A stretch of 62,348 nt of DNA, the filler included. It is 6 parts of 6 records of this genome, joined end to end, with 100 filler letters (N's around TTAATTAATTAA, not from the genome) between each part and the next. Parts side by side here need not be neighbours in the genome. Positions count along the whole stretch, not along the records: positions 50,437 to 62,348 come from DRR378314_1570; 5 more parts are not named here. One strand, given 5' to 3'. The notes beneath the pieces were generated by a model. The model made no database searches, was not told the origin of the DNA, and saw only the letters and a list, made by a program, of their open reading frames with translations. This document shows positions 50,917 to 62,348 of the stretch, piece after piece. The translations under genes were made by a program, and so were the position numbers. Each line of letters begins with the position of its first letter. Position 1 is the first letter of the stretch.

Positions 50917-53900
50917 CGATCTGGTCCGCTGCTTTTGGATAAGTCGGCACGGCGCGCTCCATTTCGTTGTAGTGGATCCAAGAAGCTGCACGTAAACACG
51001 CGCGCGGGTGTTTGCGGCGGCCACTGTCCCTGTCCGCACGGTTATCCTGGACGGAGAATGCGGATGGGAATAACAAGAAGACAGGAGAGTGCGGTGGACT
51101 CATTCAACGCAGCCCAGATCGGCGGCGATTGCGCGTAACAAATTACAATGATCTTCGCCACGGTACCAGTAAGCTGTACACCGCAGTTCGTAGCAGTGCG
51201 TCACCGCCCTGTTAGCGAAAGCTGCGAGCTGTTCTTCGTACTGAGATTGCGGAACGCGCATAGGCACAGCACATTCGAGTGCTGGTGCACTGCCATATCG
51301 AGGTACTCTCAAATTCGGCGAAGCATAGCTTGGTACGAGTTACGTTTCATCTCACCTGTACAGGATCTTTGGAGGCGAAACGCGCAGTGTGCGTCGAATA
51401 TTCTGATCCCCGAACACAGCGGAGAACCATTGGTTACACGCAAACGTCCATTCCTTTTGCGTTTTCATGTTGCGCACAACAACTTTTTTCAAGTACCATG
51501 AATCATCCGGTTGATCAGCCCTGCGGACGAAGAACCGGGAAACCAGGGCACACTTCGTGTTTGTCAGCACAAGAGGATCTTTACAGTTCTATCGCGATAG
51601 ACTCGAAAATCATTCGCAGATAGGGTCACTGTGCTCAAAATTCACACAAACAGCAACGTATGAACGAGAAACCGGGGATAGCTTGTAGGGAGAATGCGTA
51701 CCTTGCTGCCGCATCTCGGCCAGGTGACGGCGCTGCCGCAGATGCGTTGGTCGCTGCACTATTCATGGACTGCATGCGCACGAGATAAAAATTCTAACAT
51801 GAAAACGGTGCGATAAGAACCAAAGAAAAACTACTAAGCGCTTCAATGCAGAGGTACATCACCGTTTCTTACGAATGCAAGATGGAGAGTTTTGTCCGCC
51901 GAGTATTGTGCAGAGTCAACACCAGCGTGCGTGATGTGATGTCCTCTGCAATACACCACATGGAACAATCCATTCTATCCAGGAATGGAAGGCGCATATG
52001 TTTCAAAGTAGAGGCAGTGGGGGATTCGAAACCTACAAAAACTCCTTTCTGGTTTTGTTCGCATGAACAGCTGGACAACCGAATCCCTGGCGCAAGCGGT
52101 GCAGAGTCAGAATCGCCTCTGCCACCGCTTCTCGTGAACTATCGCCCGGTACCTCATTATCGCACGTGTCACTCCCATCGACCCCTTGCGGGCACTGATC
52201 TTCTTTTTCACTGCTCTTCTCAAGATCTGACCGGCTGGGGCTCGTTTTTAGGTGCTCCTCCGTCAATAAATGGGACAGGCTGTAAGTAGAAGTACCGCTG
52301 ATCTGTTTCGATATTCGTTTCTCCGTGTCCTCGTCTGTTGGTGCTCTGAAGATAGAACCGGCGCGATTCGGGCCAAAGACAAGCGAGCCAGAACGTCCAC
52401 AAACGAATCTTAGAAATAATGAGCATAGCATTTTCGGTCCGATTCATGCCAATCGAAAGAGGGAACAGCTTGCAAGGAGAATAAACATCTCATAAAAGAA
52501 CATTGATAGATACGATTCGACAGAGGCGGTAGCGCGAGCAAAGATCGTGCAAGAAACCTTGTCGAAAGTGGTTTCCCCATGCTCTGTCACCGTCTAGCTT
52601 TTCTGATATATACATGTTGTGTTCCACAATGTACAATACTGGAATGAAGTGCATGAAAATGTGGCAAGGTCAGCGTGAGCTTGCAACCTGCCTCCGCATA
52701 TCTAGCGCATATCGGCAGTGAGGGGGGGGAGACAGCTCCACTCGTATCGGTCACGCGATCTTTGATCGGTGTTTCGCAACTGACGTACCCTGGGAGTGTG
52801 AACGATGGCGCTCCTGTGCCATCGTGCCACACCGTGAGCTCGAGCAGTTCTCCCATCTCCTTGTGCTCGATATTGAACGAGGACTTGCGGCCCCTTTCAA
52901 AAGGGATGCCCTCGTCGCTGACCAGAGCGATCCGCTTTCCAGAGACATACTGCAGTTTCAAAGCAATAGACAAGAGCGATTCGGCGAATTCCCCGCGCTC
53001 AGCTGATTCTCGTTACAATTTTCTTCTATCTGTCCAAAAGAATGTCATACTCCCTGGTCACCGTTTGCATTTTCGCGGGAGCAGAAATTACATTCCCGTG
53101 GCCGGTAGTGGAAAGTGTGCGCATGTGACAAACGGATGGTCTCGCCGTGCTACATACGTTAAGATTTCGCAGCTCCTTTTGTTTCTCAGCCAAGAGTGTT
53201 GATTTCTTATGCATACTTGCTTTTGCGTTATCTCGCTGATGGTTGGTTGTCGATGGCCCCGTTCGCTGTAGTTGGTCCTGCAGATCTTGGATTTCCTGAA
53301 CCGCCCACAGGCACACAGAAGTAGAGCCAAGCATCGATAAAAAGGAAAAAAGGTGCAAGAAAGGCGCATCGCGCACGTAGAGTCTCTCAAATGATTCCTT
53401 CGTTCTCCTATTCAGATACTCGACTCATATTGTGGATGGCCTTCTTACTTCTTTTGTTCGGAGAAATAGTGGCGTCGAAGCGTCTTTCTAATAGTGATAC
53501 GGCAACAAAAAATCGATATCAAAAGTGATGCCTTGCGTCGATAGTTCGTGTTATTGCGCTGGCATAGCCTGAGCACATTGACGCGGAAACGCACCATTTT
53601 CAGCTCCGCAATGTCGCATTTCTGTCTCCTTGCAGCTTCATTCTGCGAACAAAATCCTTTTAGTTGACAAAATACATTCGCTTTGGTTCCCGCTCCCATA
53701 CAGCGACCTGCATGGCACAGAGGAGTGGTGGCGGGAAACGTACACGGTGCCGCTGTAGTGTGCCGCGAGCCTTGGCCCAGGACGTGCCCGGCTGACAGCA
53801 AGGAATACACCGCGCAGCCCTCCGCTTTCAATCCAAATCATAATGTGTGTCGGCTTCGAGTAGAAAAATACATACCTGTAAAAAATGTAAAGCGATACAC

Positions 53901-54059
53901 CGTATCAGTCCCGCGCTCTCCCCTTGCACCGCGTGTTGCTATCGACTCGCGACGCACAGGGTCTCCGAGCGCGCTGTCCGAGATATCTTCCTGACCAAGA
54001 ACCGACGAGCGAGCGGACAATGCGCCGACACGTGACGACGAGATCGACCGCGAAGACAT
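50917..54059 (-). CDS. Eukaryotic multi-exon PLAT/LH2-repeat protein (continues toward the contig end)
   Basis: Phase-compatible exons 54059-53876, 53707-53595, 52949-52789, 51520-51356, 51046-50917 give YRFTFFTG..GAGTKANVF, FERG..F....GEL..L.VWHDG, WYL..V.V, F.CNQW and a second repeat Y.I.V.TG..A.T.A.V. Confidence 0.75.
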
Positions 54060-54942
54060 TCGTCCTTTCTTGACTCTATGTGACGATTCCACAGAAAATT
54101 AATGTCTGGAAAATTGGCGACAGTGGCAACGATACGGGGATAGGTCAGCATCGTGGGGCTCGCCTTCTGCTTCACAAGGGAGCATCGGCGCAGCCATTCT
54201 TCGACGGATCACCTGCTGTAAAGTTGGAGCTATTCGCAACCCTTTCGCGATCCGCAGACGGTCATTCCTTCATCGCAACGGGGAAGCTACAAGCACAATT
54301 GTAGGCTTGATGCTTTCGTTCGCACGATACCAGGCGTAACGTTTGAAGTTTTGGACTGATTCCCAGCTCACGGACCACGAGCGCTGTGCGAGTTTTTTTT
54401 TCAGGGTAAGGTGCAAATATCGACGTTTTGATCAACGGATACGCACCTCCGAACGCAACAGCTTCAATGAGCCCACGCGCCGCCCCTGGTCCTCGGCACG
54501 GCAGAGCTGCAATCTTTCTGGACGCAGGTGGAAGAAACCTTTCTTACACAAATTGGTAAGAGCTCTCAGTCGAGGGGGCGGCGGAAAGTCGAGCAAAGAA
54601 CTTGGTAGCGTTTGGGACGGGCTTGCGCACACACCTCTCTCGTAATACGGGGACTAGGCCTGCGCGAGAGCCTGCCGGTGTCCAAAACAGAGGTGCCATA
54701 AATTTCCCGCCCTTCGAGTGTGGACCTTGGGTGGTGCATACCAAACCCTAACCGAATCATTCTTTTCGATTAGTCTATTGACAACCGGCTGAACCCTTCT
54801 TTGCATTGGACTTCTGGCAGTCATTGCCAACCAAAGCGCGAAGCGCAGTGCGTGCGGCCGATTGCAGGCATAGTGTGCGCTCGTGCGAAGCAAGCTCGGG
54901 CGCGCACTTCCTTGGCGCTGCATGGTGCGCGCAGCAAGCGAG

Positions 54943-57933
54943 ATGCTCGCGCATACTCGTTATCATGGGCTGCTCTTTTTGGTTCTGGTTGCGGTTGTCA
55001 GCACAGAGGCGGAGCGAGCGCCTTTCGACAGGCCTCCGAACGGAGGCGAATTTGCAGAGCACGCAACGCCATCTGCAGCCACGACGGAGCCGACAGCTTC
55101 GTACGAAGCGATCACCGCCGCACCCCTTCCTGTTTACGGGCAGTCGGAAGAACACCAGATTCTAAATAATATTCATGAAAAAATCGAAGTGCGTTTCGCA
55201 GTCCTTCGTTTGTACTGCGTTTGGGCAATGGCCGTATACTCGTCTGCCGACCATTGCCGCGGCGCAACGCCAGCACCTTGCACACAGGAAACTGGTTCGC
55301 AGCTTGCTCGCAGGTGTCGCACGCTCCGAACCACTCCTTTCCGGGAGCTTGCACCCACTTTTTTCGCGCTTCCAAACATGAAACATTAGTTGATATATTT
55401 CCATTTTCAGTGCCATTGCGGGGTTTGCGATCGTATCTTGCTCATGCGGTTCCGTGTTGATGGCATGGTGCTGCTGCCACTGACTCTCGCGAGCCTGCCG
55501 CGCGCACTCACCTGCACGGGCCTACAAGGCTTGGGTACAGGTGGCGTGCTCGTTCTACGCGAATACTTGGTGCTGCTGCGACGCTGATTTGTTGACGTTT
55601 CTGTTTTTTGCTTTGCTCCTACTTCTGACTAGATTGTAAACGGATGGATTTCTCAAGTTCCGGTATCTGTTGTCTCTCGCATCATCACTCTCGGGTCGGG
55701 ACTGGCACTGTTGACGCGAAGGCGCGCTGCTCTGCGCCTGTTGCTCGCGGTAGGAGTATTCGTAGCCACTTCGCGGTTTGTACACGACGCTGTGCAAAGG
55801 TACGGGCGGCACGGAGAACCAAGGCACGGCTCTTCTCGTGTGTCTTCCTCTATATTGCTCCATGTTTGCGCTATAATGGCGCGGCGGCAAGAGAGCCTTA
55901 CCTTACGAACCCCACGGTCGACGATTGAAAGTCATCCTTGCGAAACCGGCACAGGTGCTCATGTTTGTGCTGCTGTTTCTTTTCGCGTGCGCGGCTATTT
56001 TGTACGGCAACAGTCTGCCGATGACACTGGTGGCAAAGGAGGTTCTCACACCTGCGGTTGCAATCTTAGCGTTTGCGTCCTCGTTAGCGGTGCACCAAAT
56101 GTATCGACTGTTTCTCGCAACATTCTGCGCCGCGGCATCGTCGTCAGCGCTGGCGTACGGCGCCGAACGTGGGGGATTTCGCATCGACTGGGGTGGCTCC
56201 ACCGCTCCAGCAATGGCTGCAGCCGGTATAGCAGGCGCGCTCTTGATCCCGCCGGTCGCCGAGCACCTCGTTTCTGCCAGCTTGGGTGCGGCGCTTTTGG
56301 CATGCTTTGCAGGTACGATCTACGCAGGGGCAACAGAGGATGCACCGTTTGTGTGTGCGCGCATGCGCGCGCGCGCGTGTGTGTGCATTGCGAATGCACA
56401 GTGTGCTATGGCTCTGCTCCGTGGCGTAGCGCAGCTCCTGTTGCTGTATTTGATTGCGGGCGTGCTTCGTTCATGCATTGCGCCATCGTTTCCCTTGCAT
56501 TGTCCAAGATACTGTCCATCTTCGCAAGTTTCATGGAAATGATATTTCATTGGCAAAAAGTAGCTGCGCGTAGGATCATAGTATCGTTGTGCATTTTGTC
56601 AGGCATCGCGTCTGCATGTGCTTTTCTGATCCGCACGTGCGCGCGATTCTCCACGGACGATTTTGCAGGCTACGCGGCCCTTGGACTCGACGCGTGTGAT
56701 CCAGCGACCATACCGATCGCCTCTGACCTTTCGCTTCAAGGCAAGGGCTCTCTCGTCAATGAGGGTCTATATCTGCTTTTTTTGTGTGTGTGAAAGGACT
56801 TCCTGCTGCTGCTCTGCCACGGGCTTCTCATAAGGGAAGCAAGATTTGCAAAGCAGCTTCTGCCCGCTCCTTCTATTTCCTTAAATCACGCGCGTTCGGC
56901 TCTTCAACCTTAGCTTCGGTCAGTCTTGTAACACCATGTAGCCGCTGTATGTGGGAAAAGACAACATGTAGATTTGGAAGCGGCTGCATGGTTTGTTTTG
57001 CGCTCGCTCATTCGTGCCAACGATATCGCTGGGTACCTGGTGCGCTTTCGCGCGGCCGTGCGTGGTCGGTGTGGTCTGCGCCATTGCCGACATGCAGGAC
57101 TCCAAGCCTCCATAGCGTGGCTTCTAGGCGCAATTACGGAAAACGGGACCGTCTTTGCGCTATTTGTAATACTATCATTGCGCGCGCTACGTGAGTCTCT
57201 GCCTGCAAGAATACGCGCGTGGCGCATCGCCAAAGGCGGGACAAACAACGCAGCTGCCATGGACGGCATCATGCTAGACATACCACAGAGTAACGCAACG
57301 AAAGAGGACACACCCTGCACTCCCACTGCAGCTGCGGAGGATCAAGGTACTGGCAACATACGCTACGGGGCCAACTTGTAATTCTGTCGCATTGTGAGAA
57401 ATTGAAATCTCCGGGGGGGAAAGGGGGTGTCAGGATGTTCCATTGCTGAATGTTGGTGGCTCTATGGAGGGGAAAAAACAGCAGTACCATACCCATGTAC
57501 CGTGTTGCTGCTGTGGGGACAATCTGCTCGCTGCGACCTTTCTCCACAACGTGTCATTTATGCGCGAAAACCTATTTCCATATGGTGTTGTTCATGTGCG
57601 GAGATCTCACTCCACCGCGCGTCGTTCACGCGTGCCTGCTTTCCAGAGCGGAACGGGCTTGCTCCGCCCGGGTCACCTCCTCCGTCACGGCGGATACCCA
57701 GCCAACCAAAAAGGCAAACCGTCGAGCCCAACGAGGTGTCTGACGCGACCTTGCCTGCAACGCTGCAGCCACGTAACATTGATATATCTCAGCCCGAGTC
57801 ATATGGAGATGTACTGCTGCGCCTTGAGCGCGCCGAGCAGCGCACAGTGGAGCTCGAAAAGCGAATTTTCCTTTCACATGGTCGGTCATTCTCAGCGGAG
57901 GACCTGGCGCGCGTTTACAGACAAGCAAACTAG
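54943..57933 (+). CDS. Eukaryotic multi-exon, multi-pass membrane protein with signal peptide
   Basis: Hydrophobic exons near 55632-55799, 55890-56311, 56602-56740, 56972-57346 and a final exon ending TAG at 57933; mostly phase-compatible, some 5' junctions unresolved. Confidence 0.5.
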
Positions 57934-58021
57934 TGAGCTAGGTCGCAGGCAGTGCTCCTCTGCTGCAGAGCAGGACGTTATTTTGTTCCACGAACGGCAT
58001 TTCTTTGCGTAATCTCATCGC

Positions 58022-59352
58022 ATGTACCACACTCCTTTCATTCCCCGGCGCTTGGGGAGTACGATTGCTCTCATTGTCTTGTTAGCGATGCGCTGCCCGT
58101 CACCGCCCCCGCACGTTGATTTGCGTTCTCTCCGCACATCAACGTATGACTCTTGGCGTCTGCATCGTGCATATCTTTGCGCCTGCGCGAACTTTCCAGG
58201 CAAAGCTCCAAAGCAGGCATTCTCCCAGTGGTCGCGACGCTTTCAGTACTTTCTTCGCGTGGAGCTTTGGCTGATCGCGATAGCGGGTACCCTGGCCGCG
58301 TCGCATAGCTCTCTGCAATGGGCCGCGCGCGAAGTCGGGTCGTTGCCGTGGGGCTCCTCGACCGCCTTTGCATCGCTGGCTTTCTCGCGCGCATTGCATG
58401 CACTCGCAGAGTGCGGCGATTTTCTCGCTCGTCAGAGCGTCTTTCTTGAAATTCGATTCCCAATCGCGGCTACCGTTGGTGCGTACGCTGCTATTATCAC
58501 ACTGAAACGGTGCTCGCCTGCGACTACATGGGCACCAGTGGCTGTTTCAGCAATTGTTGCCTCAGTGGCAGGTACGTCAGACTTGGTGCCGGCTCTGAAT
58601 GGTATGGGTGTGGGTTGGAGGAGCGTAGATTCATACCACTGTGCAGGGCGGCGATGGTGGCACAAGTACAATGCCAGCGCTTAGTTTCTTTCACCGAGGC
58701 ATCTGTGTACTGAGTGTGCGGGTGGCCAGAGGACCGACGCGGAAACGTTTGCCACGGCGACTACGGGAAAGAAAACGTTCCATTTGAGGATGTGGTGTGT
58801 GTCAATTAAAGTAAACTTTCAGAGAGTGAAACGAAGGGCGACGCGAATTAACGCCGTTGAATCAAACTCGTTGCTTGAATGCGCAGGAAATTATCTGCTG
58901 ACCCTGTGTGAGATTCATGGATGGAGGATAATCCAGTCGAATTTCGCTGTCTCGTACGGACCATCGGCAGCAGGTACGTGAAGGCCTGCAATTTGTAAGT
59001 GCATGCAGATGTGATTGTGATTGATGAGATCGTATTCTTCGCTGTCTGATCTCTGTATTGCGCTCAAGAAGTGCATCTGGAACGAATTGCACCGCGTGCT
59101 GCTTCAACATGCGGCGTACCAGTAGTTGCCAATAGCAGCATAACGATCACGTTGCGTGCTCTTACGATCGTGAGAATTTCAAGGGCACGTGAGTGCGACA
59201 AAGTTTTCCGGTTTCGCTGTGCGGCGCTTCTGCATAGGGTTGGCAATCTCCTCGGTGTGCAGCGCCGTTTCATGTGTTCTGTACCGCGTTCTTTCGGCAA
59301 CTGTATCCTTGGCTTGTTGCAGCCGCCTTGGTGCTCCTTATTTCCAGTACAG
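58022..59352 (+). CDS. Eukaryotic multi-exon hypothetical membrane protein (3' end uncertain)
   Basis: Phase-1-compatible exons ending 58571, then 58887-58973, 59069-59188, 59238-59352 with gtacgt/gtgagt donors. Confidence 0.4.
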
Positions 59353-60189
59353 GTGTTTTGTTTCTTATCGCGTCGGATGAATGAAAGCATGCATGATGCG
59401 ACGCCAGCATTGTATTATCGACGAAATCGGAAGGATGTGCATTTGAATGATTTATGTCGCAGAGCGGAAACGTCCCGCTGTTGGCGCTGTGATACTACAA
59501 GAACTCAGATTCCGAATGACACTCTCCCGCCCAGCTTTATTTTTGCATCCTCCGTGTATTCTATGTATATTTCGTTCAAGGAAGAGACGGCGGTTGGATC
59601 ATTGTAGGAATCCCAGACCACAGATGTAGCAAGCCTTGCGCTGCATCTCTGCGTGTGCGCAAAGCGGTCGCGCCTTGAATTTCTGGACGCAATGAGAGTC
59701 GCGCTTGCCAAAGCATCCGTGCACGCCCATTCTTTCGAGTTACACAACAGCTGTGCCGGTTGCGTCTGTATTTTTACCCTTCGTCAGAGTAATGCGAGTT
59801 GCAGTTAGTCCCGACAGGCTACCGAGAAAGATCCCAATGAACACGGATGGAAAATCGTGCACATGGTCGGCAACTCTGCACCCGCACAGCGAGGGTCAGC
59901 AAGCACCGGCACGGCACAGTGAGCAGAGCAATCTTCAGCACCGCCAAGGAGACTTCAGCTCTACATCGATTTTGGAAGTGCTTTGAATTGCTCATAGCGC
60001 TCCTTTGTATGAAACGAGCAACGTTGTAACTCTCTAGGATCTGCAACAGATCTACGAATGGACAGGATTTTGGAATCTGCGAGATGCACGCAGAGTGCGC
60101 AGTGCCCTCACTCTAGGCAGACGGATTGGTCGCAGTGCTCTCGCGCCTGCACACGACTTCACATTGACATGAGCAATACCTTGTACTAG

Positions 60190-62140
60190 ACACCATGTAC
60201 GCGAAGCAAATCGGCAGAACTGTGATAATTCGGTATATGTGCTTCTCCGAATTCGACTCGCCGCTGCGGAACGATCGTGCGTGCTGGGCCATCTCGGATG
60301 CCAGCGGAACCATGGCCGCAAAGGACAGCGCTGCCATCATGCTTGCGCTCCCTTTCCGCCCTTCCATGACGATTGCCAGAGGAGCGCTGCAGATACAGTC
60401 ACCAAGCCGGCAAATATTCACTTTACCACCCTTGGTATTGAGTGGGTTGCATCTCGCTGCGAAATCAGGCCGCAAACGACCCACAATATTCTACGAAAGG
60501 CAACGAGATTCGCACCCGCGAGTAGAAGCAGCGGCAAATGTGAGTCTGAGGATCATCGGAAATGTAGCCGCATCGAGATGATTGAACTATTGTATCTCCA
60601 TTTATGATTCTACGATCTTTCCTTTCTACAGTTTTGATCAACTCACGGGATATAAGATTAGAAACGCATCGAAAACACATGATGAATATCTGCTGAAACA
60701 AAGTTTCATTGCAGAACAGGGCTGCCGTCGCATTCCGTTGAGGGTGGCAGTTTCGAAACGACTTACTTTAGTAACATTCGTCGACAATGATGCTAATGCA
60801 ATGGAGATGCCGTACGCAGCTATTTGAGAGGATAATATCGTCAAAACAACTCCACAGGAAGAGTCACTAAAAATCTTGGCGACTGCGAGAATGCCATATA
60901 TAAGAAGGGGCGACAGAACGAAAGGCGCGAAGCACGTCGAAGTCGGGCATACTGGCCTGCGAGGCTCCAATTCGATGCTAGCATCAGGAAGCTGAAATGG
61001 CCTGTGTAGGAGATGCAGTACCCAGAGGAGGTACCGATGCACAAAAGGATGACAAATTAATGCAACATCATTGCATAACATTAATTAAAACGCTCGCACT
61101 ATTAAGATCTGACCATGTTTCCCTCTCGGTGCCAAAAATACTCGTAGGGGGGGGCTAAAAAGGGGATGCGATGGTCCTCCTGATTCCGACGAGCTGCAGA
61201 AGCAGCACACTTGGTTCTCGCAGCTTGAGGAAATGTAGCAGCGACACCTACGCATTATACTCCCGGTTGCATCATGGCACTGGGCATACCTTTCTCGAGG
61301 CGGATATATAGTGTCAAGGTTACATGATAATATAAATAGCATAAGGATTAAGCAAAGTAGCTGGAAAGGGCGCTGGATGGACTTGTTGCCAATGCGAAGC
61401 AGGGGCGTGGTGAAGCGCTCTCGGATTTGCCCTTGCGCTTCTTCTCGTGCACTCACATCGCCAAGGACAGCCATAGATTTCGAGGGATTCAATGCTACAA
61501 GCGCGATCTTACGAGAAATTCTTTGTAAACTTCACGTAAAAGGAAGTAGCATACATCAAGTTTACAGAGCAGATAGCTAAGAATACGGCAGTCGCATTGC
61601 TTCAAAGCAGCACACTGTTCAACGTGGATCGGCAGGCGGCAAGCGCCTCGACGAGTCAGCACAGGAAGGGGGCAGCGTCTAGGAACGTTTACTCGCACAG
61701 CCCTCCAAGGGTGCAATGCGCGTCCGATTTATTGTGTGCAAGGGCAGGCGGAGACCACTTGCAGAACTCTGAACCCCACTCCCAACGTTCTGAATTCACC
61801 AGCGTGTCCCTTCAAGGGCGCTCCAAGGGCCAAGTCTCTCCGAGTCATCTACCATGGCCGAAAGCGTGGACCAGCCATCAACAAGTCGTAGCAATGCGAG
61901 ATCTGCTGCGCAAAGGCAAAATACGTCGCCTTTGCGCAATACCTCGTCCAGCCGCCTTGAGAGTGGATGGCAAACAGAAACGCTAGACTTCGACGATCGA
62001 GAGGCGAGGCGGTCCGTCCGACCTCCTGCACGGACGCCTTTCAAGCAACGAGAGAGCGAATCCCGCCGCAAGTACGTATCGCTGCTCCGCGCTCTGACAA
62101 GTATATCTTCAAGCAATTTGCCAATGAATATAGAGATCAT
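60190..62140 (-). CDS. Probable eukaryotic multi-exon hypothetical gene
   Basis: Series of protein-like minus-strand ORF segments ending in gtaagt/gtgtgc-type donors; structure not resolved. Confidence 0.25.
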
Positions 62141-62348
62141 GCATAATTTGTTGCACTCAGAAGGGAACTGCTCGCATGCCTGCTACGGGCGACCCCAGGT
62201 TCGGTACAGTATTGGCACGAGAGCCACAACTGCTTGCCCGGGAGTGCGCCAGCGCACCGGATATACGCTGCACCTGCGCAACCTTTGCGAAAGAAAATGT
62301 GATTTCTCAAATGCGAGCGACTAAGAAATGAAGCTGCGAGATATATAT

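Noticed and set aside
52949-53595. Stop-codon reassignment in the eukaryote: one exon chain puts TGA, TAA and TAG in frame
   Set aside because: An alternative exon chain is fully open in the standard code. The kinase and the confident membrane-protein exons have no in-frame stops and end on normal stops.
56349-56385. GT/GC dinucleotide run as a functional element
   Set aside because: Short microsatellite within a probable intron.

Overview
The window is not one genomic locus. It is six unrelated contigs joined by 100-bp N/TTAATTAATTAA/N linkers, so adjacency across linkers means nothing. (1) 1-11789: GC-rich gammaproteobacterium, Alcanivorax-like by inference. It has an RHH/Zn-finger regulator and an ABC1/UbiB kinase sharing a palindromic operator, an HCCA isomerase, a PaaI thioesterase, a MocR regulator divergent from a complete Nit1C nitrilase cluster with a sigma54 promoter, and a partial fadB/fadJ. 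(2) 11890-27195: Rhodobacteraceae. Genes are trpC-moaC-moeA-lexA, comEC, gltX, gltA, an RTX protein, an enoyl-CoA hydratase, DUF2087 with a candidate leader-peptide attenuator, ccmH-ccmF, a GTA-type holin and GH108 endolysin, ccmE and the end of argC. (3) 27296-36598: Rhodobacteraceae. It has a PLP ammonia-lyase and Lrp, a purine permease with xdhCBA, LysR and a probable bhcD. (4) 36699-42111 and (6) 50437-62348: an intron-rich microbial eukaryote with a Ser/Thr kinase, a PLAT/LH2-repeat protein and membrane proteins. (5) 42212-50336: Hyphomonadaceae/Caulobacterales-like alphaproteobacterium with ligA, recN (SOS box), pepP, DUF2256, prmA, a cyclophilin, pgeF and prs. The best candidates for undescribed biology are the RHH-ZnF/ABC1 module with its repeated operator, the RLR uORF and switchable RBS leader of DUF2087, and the sigma54+MocR control of Nit1C. 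All taxonomic and family calls are from motif recognition only; no searches were run.
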